Of a stretch of DNA of 64,000 nt, positions 45,329 through 55,295 are shown piece by piece. Origin of the DNA: a virus. The notes beneath the pieces are model-generated. The model made no database searches. It worked only from the letters and a program-made list of their open reading frames with translations, and was not told the origin of the DNA. Both the position numbers and the translations under genes were made by a program. The stretch spans positions 6,005 through 70,004 of IMG/VR virus record IMGVR_UViG_3300032298_000575; one strand, 5' to 3'. The first letter of the stretch is position 1. The number at the start of each line of letters is the position of its first letter.

Positions 45329-47743
45329 TTACGCCGCGCTCCTTACTTCGACAGCGATCAACTCCGCATCGCCTGTCATGGTGTCAGCCGCATCCGCTCC
45401 AAGACGCTGGACACGCAAGCGGAACAAGTCGCCAGCCGCCAGAGAATCAATCGTTGTGATCGTTATGCTGGTCGCGGTGATTATTCCAGATGTGGCGTTG
45501 CAGGCTGCTGTTGACTCAACAGAAGTATCAAACGAATCGGCATCTAAATCCGTATTGCAGCGTTCAATAGCGACAGACCAGCGGACATTCCCGCTTGTTG
45601 CGCTTGTCGCCATCCACCGTAGCTCAATTATAAGGCCATTGGTAATCGTGGCAGAGCGCGGAAGTATTGAGACGAAAACTGCTGTTTCCGTAGCGGCATC
45701 ATCGAAGTCCAACACGGCAATTCCTGTGCCGCGAGTGTCGAGGGTGGCAAATCCTGTGGACGGCGGCTGCGAGTCTCTCGCCGTAAATACGCGAGTTGCC
45801 AGATTAGAGGCATAAAGTTCAGCAAACGCCGAATCATCCGCCAGCCTAACTTGCAGCGTGGTCGAGGAGCGTTTGAGGGCAGGGAAGAGGCTGGTGGTGC
45901 CGCCGAATCGCACCAAATCCTTGCCGCAAGAAAGCATTAGAACGGTTGCGCTTCCTGCGGCGTTGTCTCCGTATATCTCAACACGTTGGTTATATACCCA
46001 CACGCTGGAAAGATAGCTGCCCATGCTGATTTGAGCCGCCCCCGTGTTTACAAACAAACCAGACGCGCCAAGACCGCTACTGGAACTGCTGCTCCCAAGA
46101 CCTATAACGCCAGTGGACAGAATTGTGAATCGTGTCGTTGCGTCCGTCTGAAACTCCAATCCCCTCGCCGTGCCGCCTGCCGATCCTTTTTCGGTTCCGA
46201 TAATTGCGACATTGCTTGACCATGCAAAATTCAGACGTTCATGGTTCGTTGCGGAAGTCCAAGTATTATAAATGCGGAAAGCCTGTGGATTCGTCGCGCC
46301 AAACGGGTTGCGTTGTGCAAATACGTCTGCCGCATCACGCACGATTCGCGGCCCACTTGAAAAACCCATTGAGGTTCCGTCCGCAAGAACAAGGTAGCCT
46401 GCCTGTAAAAGTGATCCGCCGCTATTGAAGGTGTTACAACTGCAAGCGCCATCATCGCGCACGTTGAAAATAGTCGAAGGATCGCTGCCAGTGCCTACGC
46501 GAATAGAGAAAATATCAGTTGTGCTTGATGCAGCGGGGCGCGTGATACGGACGAAGTGCGGGACATTCCAAGCTGGTGAGGTTGGAAAGACCTCCAGAAT
46601 AGGATTGCCGCCAGCCAAGCAGCGAAATGCCGTGCTGTTTGATCCGCTGGCCGTGTTGGTGATGTCGATGGTCGCCGCATGAAGCTGCGGTGTTCCTGTC
46701 AGTGTCGCGGAGGCTCGGTTTTGACTGGAGTTAATCGTGTAGGTTCCCGTACCGCCTGTGCCTGTACCAAGTGCCGTGATGCGCGTTCCGTAGGTGATTG
46801 TTCCGCTGCTGGTCAGCGTCATGCCGACAGCAATCGTGCCAGAGGTAACGGCGGTGACAGTCAGAGTTGTGCCGCTGGTGGAGCCTGTGAATACGGCTGT
46901 GGTGGCGTTGAACGTCTGCGTTGCATCAATGAGCGGAGCCGATGCCGTGACCGTGCCGCCAGTTAAGGTCAGCGCGGAGCCAGAGGTCGGGGCGGCGGAA
47001 AGGGTGGTGAATGCGCCTGTGGACGGCGTGGTGTTGCCGATGGCGGGCGGGGCAGCGAAGTTGATGCGGGCGTTGTCGAAGGTTCCGCTGGTGATGTCGG
47101 CGGCGGCGTGGGTGTGGGTGTTAATTAAGCGAAGCTCCCAGCCAGAACCTAAACCACTAGGATTTACAAAAGTGAACGACTGCCCAGAAACATTGAGTGT
47201 TGCAACTGCCACAAAGGCAGGCGTCCCTCGCGGTGCGCGAATTGTAAAAACGCTTGGGACATAAAACGAAGAAACCAACGTGACCACATCTCCTGGCTCG
47301 TTCCCCGAACTTGGCAAATCGACATTAGCCGTTGCGCCAACTCCAACAAGCGTAATACGTCGATTGCGACCAGCGGTTAAGGTTGTGTCTCCTGTAACGG
47401 TTTGCGCACTTCCAACTTCTGGCCATGCCGCACCCACATTCGCCGCCGTCAGCGAAACATTCCCCGTCTGCCCATTCACGCTGTTGACCGGGTAGTCGCC
47501 GCCGTATTCCCAGTCGGTCGCCAGCCCGGCATTGTTGCGTCGAATGTAGATGCCCGCTTGGCGTCTGTTTACCAGCCAGACGCCGGTAGAATCCCGCACG
47601 AGATATGCGGCCCCGATGGCAGGATCGCCGACCGTAACGGGTAAATCGGCAAAGGTGGGGACTTCACCCTCGAAAACGACGGTGCCCCCTCCCGACCCAA
47701 CGAGATCGAGGTTTCCGGTAAAGGGGTTGAAGCTCCAACTCAT
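45329..47743 (-). CDS. Tail fibre / tailspike protein (804 aa)
   Basis: [10 protein letters not shown]-terminus, [11 protein letters not shown] and [12 protein letters not shown] fibre motifs, GTGGTGTYT beta domain. Confidence 0.8.
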   Translation of the reverse strand: MSWSFNPFTGNLDLVGSGGGTVVFEGEVPTFADLPVTVGDPAIGAAYLVRDSTGVWLVNRRQAGIYIRRNNAGLATDWEYGGDYPVNSVNGQTGNVSLTAANVGAAWPEVGSAQTVTGDTTLTAGRNRRITLVGVGATANVDLPSSGNEPGDVVTLVSSFYVPSVFTIRAPRGTPAFVAVATLNVSGQSFTFVNPSGLGSGWELRLINTHTHAAADITSGTFDNARINFAAPPAIGNTTPSTGAFTTLSAAPTSGSALTLTGGTVTASAPLIDATQTFNATTAVFTGSTSGTTLTVTAVTSGTIAVGMTLTSSGTITYGTRITALGTGTGGTGTYTINSSQNRASATLTGTPQLHAATIDITNTASGSNSTAFRCLAGGNPILEVFPTSPAWNVPHFVRITRPAASSTTDIFSIRVGTGSDPSTIFNVRDDGACSCNTFNSGGSLLQAGYLVLADGTSMGFSSGPRIVRDAADVFAQRNPFGATNPQAFRIYNTWTSATNHERLNFAWSSNVAIIGTEKGSAGGTARGLEFQTDATTRFTILSTGVIGLGSSSSSSGLGASGLFVNTGAAQISMGSYLSSVWVYNQRVEIYGDNAAGSATVLMLSCGKDLVRFGGTTSLFPALKRSSTTLQVRLADDSAFAELYASNLATRVFTARDSQPPSTGFATLDTRGTGIAVLDFDDAATETAVFVSILPRSATITNGLIIELRWMATSATSGNVRWSVAIERCNTDLDADSFDTSVESTAACNATSGIITATSITITTIDSLAAGDLFRLRVQRLGADAADTMTGDAELIAVEVRSAA

Positions 47744-47977
47744 CTAGCTCTTCAGAACTCGGGTGAGATTAGTTCCGGTGTAGGAGAAGTTGCGTGTCTC
47801 GATGATCTGGCCGTTCAACTTGTAGACCACTCGCGTCAAATTACTCCCGGCATAGGTAAGCTCGATGTCGTCCCAGGTGGGGTTGGTGCCGTAGAGCACC
47901 GAATTGATCTTCTGGAGCGACCGCTCGGTGTAGTCCTCACGCAGGGGCGTGTCTCCTTCTGGATAATAAGCTGGCAT
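47744..47977 (-). CDS. Small virion protein
   Basis: 77 aa, LTYAGSNLTRV / YTGTNLTRV repeat. Confidence 0.6.
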   Translation of the reverse strand: MPAYYPEGDTPLREDYTERSLQKINSVLYGTNPTWDDIELTYAGSNLTRVVYKLNGQIIETRNFSYTGTNLTRVLKS

Positions 47978-47981
47978 GTTA

Positions 47982-48191
47982 TTACTTAATACTCCGGTTC
48001 ACGGAACGGGGCAACACGGCCAGGTTACTGGAGTGGTTGCTCATTCCGTTTTTATGGTGCACGTCCTTGCCGTCGCCTTTAGAGACGCGGCCGGCACGCT
48101 CCATCTTGCGACGGGCGGCGTTGCGCTGGGCACGACGCTTCTTCTGCTCGGGGGACGAGTGGTAAAGATATTCCTGGGCGTAGTCTCTCAT
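47982..48191 (-). CDS. Small HNH endonuclease
   Basis: MRDY..EY...KRRAQRN.ARR...GDGKDVHHKNG...NL...SVNRS. Confidence 0.75.
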   Translation of the reverse strand: MRDYAQEYLYHSSPEQKKRRAQRNAARRKMERAGRVSKGDGKDVHHKNGMSNHSSNLAVLPRSVNRSIK

Positions 48192-48598
48192 AGAAAACTT
48201 TGGTTTTGGATTTGGTTGCCGCTCAATCCTTGAAATCCGCCGATGACTCCTCCGCCGATAGCGCCCCAACCTCCCATCGAACTTCCCTGCGCTGTGCCTT
48301 GGGTTGCACCGAGCATCATGTCGTCAAACCAACCTCCGAAACCGGAAGATCCTCCGGTCTTGGCCCGAAAGATCGGCCCGTCCACCGCGCCGTCCAACCC
48401 ACCGAATACCGCGCCACCCAACGCACCCCAACCCGCACCAACCGGACCGCCGAGGCTACCGCCGGCCGAACCCTCGGACATTCCAATCGAAGCGCCCTTC
48501 ATCATGCGGTCGATCCAAGGCACATTGGTCTTGAGAACGCCGGAGGAGAGCCCCGTCGAAAGCGCGTTGGTCAGTAATCCGGTAACGTCGATATTCAC
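48188..48598 (-). CDS. Glycine-zipper small protein
   Basis: Two WGA(L/I)GG..(F/I)GG GxxxG blocks; overlaps the portal stop. Confidence 0.55.
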   Translation of the reverse strand: MNIDVTGLLTNALSTGLSSGVLKTNVPWIDRMMKGASIGMSEGSAGGSLGGPVGAGWGALGGAVFGGLDGAVDGPIFRAKTGGSSGFGGWFDDMMLGATQGTAQGSSMGGWGAIGGGVIGGFQGLSGNQIQNQSFL

Positions 48599-50916
48599 GG
48601 CATCGTCGGTTGTGCAGCCGGTGAAATCTCGGCAGCGGTTTTGGCGTCTTTGAGGGCAAGCTCCTGCATGACCTTGGCTTGCTTGGTCTGCATATCGACT
48701 TGGTGCTTCTCGATTTGCATCTCTAGTTTAGCCCGGCGCTCGATAAGATCCGCTTGGGCTTTGGGTGAGAGCATTTGAGCTTCGGCCAACTGCTGCTCCA
48801 TCTGGGCGATGCGGGCACGCTCGGCTTCGATCATTCGAGCTTGTTCGGCTTGCTCGGCTTTCGCCTGCTGTTCGGCGGCAGCGGCAAGCTCATCGGAAAG
48901 CCGCTTGGCCGAGGCACTCAACTGCTGAAAGCGTTGACGCATGAGTGCGATTTGGTCTTGGCGAGCCACGTCGGCTGCGAGTAACTGCAAGTGCTGGCCG
49001 AGGTGAGGAATCATCGTGGCGTAGGCTTTCATTGCCGCCGCGGGCTCCGCTTGGCCTTGCGAGACTGCGGCATCCAAACCATCAAGGGAGGTCAGATGGC
49101 GGGAGGCGTGGATGAAGTGATTTTCCCCAGAGTTGACGGGCAACATCGTGCCCATTGAGAGATCGGAGTTTTCGAGCATCGCGATCTTGTCATCAATAGG
49201 AGTGCGAAGAGTTACTGAAGGTGACGGCAAGTAGCGGTCGACCACTTCCTGACCGAAGCGGGCGGCGATGCGGTCGCGGAGAAGATTGATCCGGCCCGCC
49301 TCGTCGAGCGATCCGAAGATCTGCATCGTCTCATCGATAGCGGCCGAGCGCATCCCAGGGCTTCCGTAACCAATGGCACGAACGGGCTCGACTGTAGAGA
49401 AACGATGGATCGCTTCGGCCGGCACTCCGCGGGCCAAGCAACGCCTCTTGAAGTCGACGGCTTCGCGACCGCCGGGTTCGTTCGCGGCATAATCACGTGA
49501 CACTAAACGCCTGTATGCCTCACGAAGAAGACGTTTCCACGGGTGGTAGAAAAGATTGATCGCTGCGGCCCCGAGCACGGCTTCTTGCTGCAACTGGGCG
49601 CGGACTTCATACGCAGTGCGGGATTGACCATCCGGAGTGATCGAGCGGGACTGGTAGCCGATCGTCCGGTTCTGCATGTTCATGGTGAGGTCGTTCAAGA
49701 CCGGCATGAGGTTCTGGTTGTAGTTCGGGATCGCCTTCTCGACGATCTTCAGCCCCGGAGGAAAGAGTGCGTAGGGGCCGTAGTAGGAAAGCGTGAGGTC
49801 TTCGAGGGCGCGGGAACCATTGTCACCGGGCTGGACGATCAGGGCCGAGGAGAGCAACGCACCATCGACCATGCCGCAGCGTAGACGATTCAAAAGCTGG
49901 ATGTGTGGATACACCTTGTATCCAAGCCCGCGGATGCCGTGGTAGGTGCCGTTGCCGACGCCATAGCAAAAAGTAACGAAGCAATTCGTCGGGGCGGCGA
50001 AACGATTCGGGCGCTTGAAGAGGAAGTCCTCCTCCTTGGCGTTCTCGTCCGAGCCGATCGGATCCTTGAGGAACATGAGGTGACTGACCTTGCCGTCGAA
50101 CTCGCGCACCCACATGTGGACGACGTGGACTTTCTTGCCACGGCTGTTGCCGTAGAGGAGGTCGTTGTTCTTGAGTTCTACTTCGAGCTTCTCCCACTCG
50201 CCGGCCTCTTGGAACGAACTGTCGCGGCAAGCGCGGATCAACGCCTGTTTCACCATCTTCACGTTCCATCCGAGGTCTTTAGCCACGGAGGGATCTTCGA
50301 TGAATTTGTAAAGCTGGTGGGCTTGGTATTCGCGATCAACCGTGGCGACCTCGATCTCCCACTCGGAAGCGCGTGTTCCACGCGGCAACCGGAACTCGGA
50401 GAGTCCGGCCACGCGCCAACGCCAATCAACCTCGTCCTCAAAATAACAAACCCCGACGCCATGCGAGACGAACTGGTCGGCAAGCATCTGGTGATTGAAC
50501 TCGAATTCCTGCCACTCCTTCAAAGTCCTGGTGAATTCTTCGGCCAAGATGCGCTCCCACTCGACCTTCTGCTCGGGGGAACCGTAGTCAATCGAGATAC
50601 GAGCCAAGACATCGACGGACGATGTGAGGTCGTAGTATCCGGCGAGGGCTTGCTCTTTCAGGGCGGAGGCTTCGCCGAAGTCGAGATTCGTGCGCTCGCC
50701 TTGGCCCATTTCAATCAAGTCTTGCTGATTGAACGGGGCGGCACCATTGAACATGGCGTCAACCAAGGCGCGGTTTTTACTGGAGCCTTGGTCGGAATCC
50801 TTGATCGCTTTGTAGATCGAGCGGGCCGAATTGACGTTGTCGACGCGCATCTTCGGAGCCTTTCCGTTTTCGTCCAGGCCGAGGATTTCGAGGGGGGCTA
50901 GTTCGGAATTTGTCAT
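48595..50916 (-). CDS. Portal protein
   Basis: 773 aa downstream of TerL, RTAYEV motif, C-terminal Gln-rich coiled barrel as in P22-type portals. Confidence 0.8.
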   Translation of the reverse strand: MTNSELAPLEILGLDENGKAPKMRVDNVNSARSIYKAIKDSDQGSSKNRALVDAMFNGAAPFNQQDLIEMGQGERTNLDFGEASALKEQALAGYYDLTSSVDVLARISIDYGSPEQKVEWERILAEEFTRTLKEWQEFEFNHQMLADQFVSHGVGVCYFEDEVDWRWRVAGLSEFRLPRGTRASEWEIEVATVDREYQAHQLYKFIEDPSVAKDLGWNVKMVKQALIRACRDSSFQEAGEWEKLEVELKNNDLLYGNSRGKKVHVVHMWVREFDGKVSHLMFLKDPIGSDENAKEEDFLFKRPNRFAAPTNCFVTFCYGVGNGTYHGIRGLGYKVYPHIQLLNRLRCGMVDGALLSSALIVQPGDNGSRALEDLTLSYYGPYALFPPGLKIVEKAIPNYNQNLMPVLNDLTMNMQNRTIGYQSRSITPDGQSRTAYEVRAQLQQEAVLGAAAINLFYHPWKRLLREAYRRLVSRDYAANEPGGREAVDFKRRCLARGVPAEAIHRFSTVEPVRAIGYGSPGMRSAAIDETMQIFGSLDEAGRINLLRDRIAARFGQEVVDRYLPSPSVTLRTPIDDKIAMLENSDLSMGTMLPVNSGENHFIHASRHLTSLDGLDAAVSQGQAEPAAAMKAYATMIPHLGQHLQLLAADVARQDQIALMRQRFQQLSASAKRLSDELAAAAEQQAKAEQAEQARMIEAERARIAQMEQQLAEAQMLSPKAQADLIERRAKLEMQIEKHQVDMQTKQAKVMQELALKDAKTAAEISPAAQPTMP

Positions 50917-51668
50917 TTTTGCAGGGCTTCGATAAGTGAGCCGTCTTTACAACCGTGGACGACTGCGGCATTGGTCGGCACAGGGCCGTAGACCGATTTG
51001 TCGTCGATCGGATCGCAGTAGATGCGGCCGTCTTCATCGATCTCGTAATTTTTCGTGCGCCAGTTGTTGTGTATCAACTGTGATACCGCGGTGCTCGGGC
51101 GCATCTCATGGCGGAGATACACGTCGAAGGGTTCGACATTCGGGCCGTCGTCGGTGCGGACATAGCTCCACAAGAGCGAGCGGGTCGGAAAATCAGCCGG
51201 ATAGACACAGGTGCCAATGACATGCTCGCCGTCGACTTTGACGAATTCGCTGGTCTTACGATCCAGCATCCGGGTCACTTGGGTGGCTCCGAGGAAAGGT
51301 TTCTGGGCTTGGTTGTATTCGGTCTCGATCGCGTCGAGCCAATCCTCGCGGATCGGGGTGTTGTCGGCCTCGAACCAATACCAAGTGTCCTTGTTCCCGC
51401 TGTGCTGGAGGTGGCGCACGGTGCGAGCCCAAAGGTGGTTGGCCGATTGGGGCCAGCCGAGTTCGCACTCGCTATCAGGAATAAAGAGATCGGCCGAGGC
51501 AAAGCTCGGGGCCAGGCTCTCTTTCAAAGAAGCGGCTTCGTCTTTCGTATTGTAGGCTCCGACCACCAGCAGCTTGTGCCGGGAAAGGTTCCCCAAAAGG
51601 GCCATGTGCCCGGCCAGCTTGGTGGCGAGCTTGAGGTCGACTTGGGAAACAGGCAGGACGAGGAGCAT
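50913..51668 (-). CDS. Glycosyltransferase-like protein (GT-A)
   Basis: WYWFEADNTP (ExD at the DxD position), GWP..AN, C-terminal VVHGCKD. Confidence 0.5.
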   Translation of the reverse strand: MLLVLPVSQVDLKLATKLAGHMALLGNLSRHKLLVVGAYNTKDEAASLKESLAPSFASADLFIPDSECELGWPQSANHLWARTVRHLQHSGNKDTWYWFEADNTPIREDWLDAIETEYNQAQKPFLGATQVTRMLDRKTSEFVKVDGEHVIGTCVYPADFPTRSLLWSYVRTDDGPNVEPFDVYLRHEMRPSTAVSQLIHNNWRTKNYEIDEDGRIYCDPIDDKSVYGPVPTNAAVVHGCKDGSLIEALQK

Positions 51669-51682
51669 GGTTTACGGAGTTA

Positions 51683-52087
51683 TTACTTTAGCACGGTGTC
51701 GAGCAAATCCCAATTATCTGGCTGACGGTGCAGCCGCGGCGAATAGCAAATCTTCTTCCGGTCGGCGATCTCGTCAAATCGCCAGAAAACAAACTTTTCT
51801 ATATCCGGCAACCACGCCGCCAGAATATCGAAGTCCCCATAGAGATAGGCCGTCTTCGCTGCCCCGCGCCCACGACTCGACATCACCCCGTATACATTGT
51901 CGCGGTCGGCATATACCGTCGCCGTCTTGATCTGCACCGTGATCGGTCGCTGCGGTGGCCTGATCACAATCGCGTCCGCAGGTCGGGCGTGTCCGTTCGA
52001 CGTGTAGACCCAGTAACCCCGCCTCAACGACTCGGAGGCAAAGATCGACTCACTGAGGTCTCCGGTGGTGCAAGTGGTATGAATCAT
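51683..52087 (-). CDS. PD-(D/E)XK endonuclease (free-standing, homing-type)
   Basis: G..SE, ADAIV, VQIKT, Y..GDFD. Confidence 0.75.
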   Translation of the reverse strand: MIHTTCTTGDLSESIFASESLRRGYWVYTSNGHARPADAIVIRPPQRPITVQIKTATVYADRDNVYGVMSSRGRGAAKTAYLYGDFDILAAWLPDIEKFVFWRFDEIADRKKICYSPRLHRQPDNWDLLDTVLK

Positions 52088-53064
52088 GCAGCAACGGCGT
52101 GGACCAGAGGGGCCACTTTGCCGAAGATTTCAAAAGTCGAGTTGCGCCGGACGAGATGCGGAATGCGGAGGGCGTTCTGCCGATCGACCTCTTGAGCCGC
52201 TTGTTCCTCGGTGAAATAACGGTCGGTCTTGTAGAGGTGGCGGGTCGCGGCACGGTGGCTCTTGAGCGTGACACGCTCGCCCGTGCTGCGTGAGACCACT
52301 TGCCAATCTCCGGGCGGGAGCACATTGCGGTCGACATCCGGCGGAGGAATGAACGGCGGGATCTCGAAGTGGGATATCCCACCGTCATAACAATAGGTGC
52401 CGTCTTTTCGCGGGTAGAGACAGTCGGGCGTCCAGAGACATGTCTCTTGGATAAAGGGGACTCCCAGGCCGATCGCCAAGCCCATCGGGGATGACTGGTT
52501 GCCGATGAAAAGATCGGCCCCCGCAATGAGCTTGGCTAGTTCGAGGTAGTCGTTGGTCACGGCATATTCCGCGTGGACCGAGGTCACTTTGCGGAGTTCT
52601 TCGACCTCTTGCGGCAACCCGACAAAGATCATCTTCGTGCCAAGAGCTTCACCGATAAGATCCCACCGGAAGTAAGGGTTGTGGTAGCGCGGGCTGCGAT
52701 GACAAACGACCCGCCCCCGAGCCCGCACCGAGGGGGAAACTTTCAGCCAAGGATCGGGCACTGCGTTCGCATTGACCCAATCACTTTGCAGTTCCATGAG
52801 ATTGACCCCGTAGATCAGCCCGCCATTACGGAACGTAGAGAAATTGACGCAGTGTTCATTGGCCGGCGCATCCCCGTGAATCACCTTGCCAACATAGTCT
52901 TGGGCTTCGAGGAGCGGACGAAGCACGTTGGCCCGCTCGGGCGTCATCTTCGCCGTCCAAGGCCGCGAGTTGAGATACAGATTCCCGCGCCCAAGTTCCC
53001 TCATCGAGGGCAGCGCGTAGAGGACATCCCCTAAGTCTCCGGAGTGGAAATAATTCACGACCAA
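52084..53064 (-). CDS. Glycosyltransferase family 9 (heptosyltransferase-like)
   Basis: HSGDLGDVL, RSPRY, ELAKLIAGADLFIGNQS, AIGLGVP. Confidence 0.75.
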   Translation of the reverse strand: MVVNYFHSGDLGDVLYALPSMRELGRGNLYLNSRPWTAKMTPERANVLRPLLEAQDYVGKVIHGDAPANEHCVNFSTFRNGGLIYGVNLMELQSDWVNANAVPDPWLKVSPSVRARGRVVCHRSPRYHNPYFRWDLIGEALGTKMIFVGLPQEVEELRKVTSVHAEYAVTNDYLELAKLIAGADLFIGNQSSPMGLAIGLGVPFIQETCLWTPDCLYPRKDGTYCYDGGISHFEIPPFIPPPDVDRNVLPPGDWQVVSRSTGERVTLKSHRAATRHLYKTDRYFTEEQAAQEVDRQNALRIPHLVRRNSTFEIFGKVAPLVHAVAA

Positions 53065-53240
53065 TCGTCGTTAGCTTCTTCGCGTGTTTCGGTCTCGTCC
53101 TGTTGGAACATGGTGTCTTCCTTGGACAACACCTCGGTCACCGCATCGACGGCCTGAAGCCAATCCGGCGCGGTCAGCGAAATCATCCGCAGCGGCGGTG
53201 CATTCTTGCGCAACTCCTCAACTGTGACGCGATACGACAT
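53055..53240 (-). CDS. Hypothetical protein
   Basis: MSYRVTVEEL... fills the gap after TerL. Confidence 0.5.
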   Translation of the reverse strand: MSYRVTVEELRKNAPPLRMISLTAPDWLQAVDAVTEVLSKEDTMFQQDETETREEANDDWS

Positions 53241-53263
53241 TGTTATGCTGTTATGATACCGCC

Positions 53264-55036
53264 TCAAAAAGACTGGAGCAACTGACCCGACCGCCGCGGG
53301 GCATACTTCGAAGTCATCGTCGACTTCCAACTGCTCATGCCGCGGCGACTCCCACCAGTCTCTTGGGGAGGACGCAGCCCGAACCGCTCGCGGACCACGT
53401 CGAGCATGACGAAGGCGGCATCGGCCACGTCGGGCGATCGGCCGATCCTGGCTTTCATATCGGTTTTCGACTCGACGACCACCTTCATCGATCCGGACTT
53501 ACGGGTGTCGTAGTTGCGGCTGGTCATCTCCCGAGCCAGATCCGGCCCGATCCCTCTTAGTTGATTATTCTGCAAAAACTCCTTCGCCCCGAACCAAAGC
53601 TCGGTCACGCGGTTCACATACTTATCTTGGGCCGCAGTCGCATCGTAAGCCGAGAGTGAGCGCCCCGAGGGAGCCCCGCCGAAGTGAACCCGGAGAAACT
53701 CATTCGACCCGCAGACCGTGGCCATCGCATCGCAGAAGGGCACGCCGCCGCCCGTCACGTCGACCCCGATGTTTCGCCACGGCACCCCAGCTTTGACCAC
53801 GATGTCTTTGATCTTCTTGGCGATCTGGAAGGTGCGCGGCTCGGGGTTGCTCGCCTCCTCGTCGAGGTAATGGAACTCGTCGAACGAAACCTGATCGACC
53901 CCATCTTTATTCTGGCCAAACGAGCCCAAATAAATGACACACCTATCCCCGCCGCTCACAAAGGAGGGGTCGATGCCGACAATACGTTCGGCGCGGCCCC
54001 TCCAGATCGGCTTCTGATCGGCTTGGAAGCGGATGATCTCGGCCTCGCTGTAGATGGCTTTGCTGACCGCCTGGGGTGGCCAGAACCCCCGATAGTCACG
54101 CCAGAAGATCGGATTGTCCTCGCCGAGTCGCTCACGCGCCTCATCGATCTTCTCCCATTTTTGGATCGGCCATTTGTTTTCGCCGGCCAAGTAGTTCGGA
54201 TTCTTGAGGGCATCGAGGTGCAGACAGACCCCACCCAGCTTCGTCTCCCACTTCTCATCATTGACCGTGATGCTCCCCCACCCATTCGTCGGCTCGACGA
54301 AGCGCCCGAAGGGGTCGTAGTAGGAGACAGGGTTTGCCGCGGCACAGATGTGGAGAAACGGGTTGTTCGAAAGGTTGGACATCGCCGTGTCGAGGAAGGC
54401 ATGACCTAACTCGCTCAACTCGTCGGCCGCGACGATGACCCGCGGAGCTTTCATGCCTCTCATTTTGCCGGTAACTTCCGAGGTCTTTTTCGCCTCGGCC
54501 GGAATCAAGTAAACCCCAGCCTGCTCCATCCGCTCCCCGTTCCGGATCGTGTAGATCGCCGGAGTCGGAGTATCGGCGAGCTTCCCTGGAGCCACGGGCT
54601 TGATGCACGGCCAATACCTCTGGATGGCTCCCCAGACCCGCTTCTTGGCGTCACGAATGCTTGTGGACGTGACCAATGAGAGCGTGTGGAACGGCGCAGC
54701 CATCCAATTCAGGAGAGCCCAGATGGCCATGAATTCCGACTTGCCGGACGAACCACAGCCTGCGAAACCGACGAACTTATTGTGACAGCACTCATACAAC
54801 ATGTCATCGGCCCAAGGGTGCCAAATAAAGTTCTCAGTTTTCTTATTGAAGAAAATCTGAGCCGCGTTTTTGAAGTGATCTTCGATGGGCAACATCTCCG
54901 GCGACCGCCGGTCACGGTTCACAAAGCAGTAAAGCTCGATCGCCCAATCAGCCGTCCCCGGCACAAAATAGACCCCGTATTTAAGTCGGTATCCGACCGG
55001 AGGAGTCGGGGCATCGGAGGCAAAAATCGGGGTCAT
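53264..55036 (-). CDS. terL: Terminase large subunit
   Basis: Walker A GCGSSGKS, Walker B VAADE, coupling AANP, nuclease GIDPS..GGD and RSPDVADA. Confidence 0.9.
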   Translation of the reverse strand: MTPIFASDAPTPPVGYRLKYGVYFVPGTADWAIELYCFVNRDRRSPEMLPIEDHFKNAAQIFFNKKTENFIWHPWADDMLYECCHNKFVGFAGCGSSGKSEFMAIWALLNWMAAPFHTLSLVTSTSIRDAKKRVWGAIQRYWPCIKPVAPGKLADTPTPAIYTIRNGERMEQAGVYLIPAEAKKTSEVTGKMRGMKAPRVIVAADELSELGHAFLDTAMSNLSNNPFLHICAAANPVSYYDPFGRFVEPTNGWGSITVNDEKWETKLGGVCLHLDALKNPNYLAGENKWPIQKWEKIDEARERLGEDNPIFWRDYRGFWPPQAVSKAIYSEAEIIRFQADQKPIWRGRAERIVGIDPSFVSGGDRCVIYLGSFGQNKDGVDQVSFDEFHYLDEEASNPEPRTFQIAKKIKDIVVKAGVPWRNIGVDVTGGGVPFCDAMATVCGSNEFLRVHFGGAPSGRSLSAYDATAAQDKYVNRVTELWFGAKEFLQNNQLRGIGPDLAREMTSRNYDTRKSGSMKVVVESKTDMKARIGRSPDVADAAFVMLDVVRERFGLRPPQETGGSRRGMSSWKSTMTSKYAPRRSGQLLQSF

Positions 55037-55050
55037 TTTGGAAATTTTTC

Positions 55051-55286
55051 TGCTACAGAGTTATACAAGCGGACACAATCGTTTTTGATACTTCGCAGTC
55101 ACCTCATTACCAACACTTTATGACAACCGTAGCACGGGTTCGAATTTACGGGTTTAGGGGATTATTTAACTTCTGTAAGTCACTCGATTTACTCTGTTAG
55201 CGACGAATTTACGTCTGTTATCATTTTCGATATTATTATGCGCTTATGAATATTTTTGAACATTTTGACACAAAATCTGGTCACAA
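55051..55286. other. Candidate attP region
   Basis: AT-rich gap before the integrase; tRNA-like core CCGTAGCACGGGTTCGAAT (55127-55145); arm-like repeats TGCTACAG/TTATACAA/GGACACAA (55051-55078) and TGACACAA/GGTCACAA (55266-55286). Confidence 0.6.
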
Positions 55287-55295
55287 TTAACAAGC

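Noticed and set aside
51683-52087. Group I intron around the PD-(D/E)XK endonuclease
   Set aside because: The flanking genes are separate complete ORFs with tight junctions, leaving no non-coding room for a ribozyme core
55120-55165. A second complete tRNA gene
   Set aside because: Only the GGGTTCGAAT T-loop segment is present; no acceptor, D or anticodon stems can be formed, so it is kept as an attP core candidate
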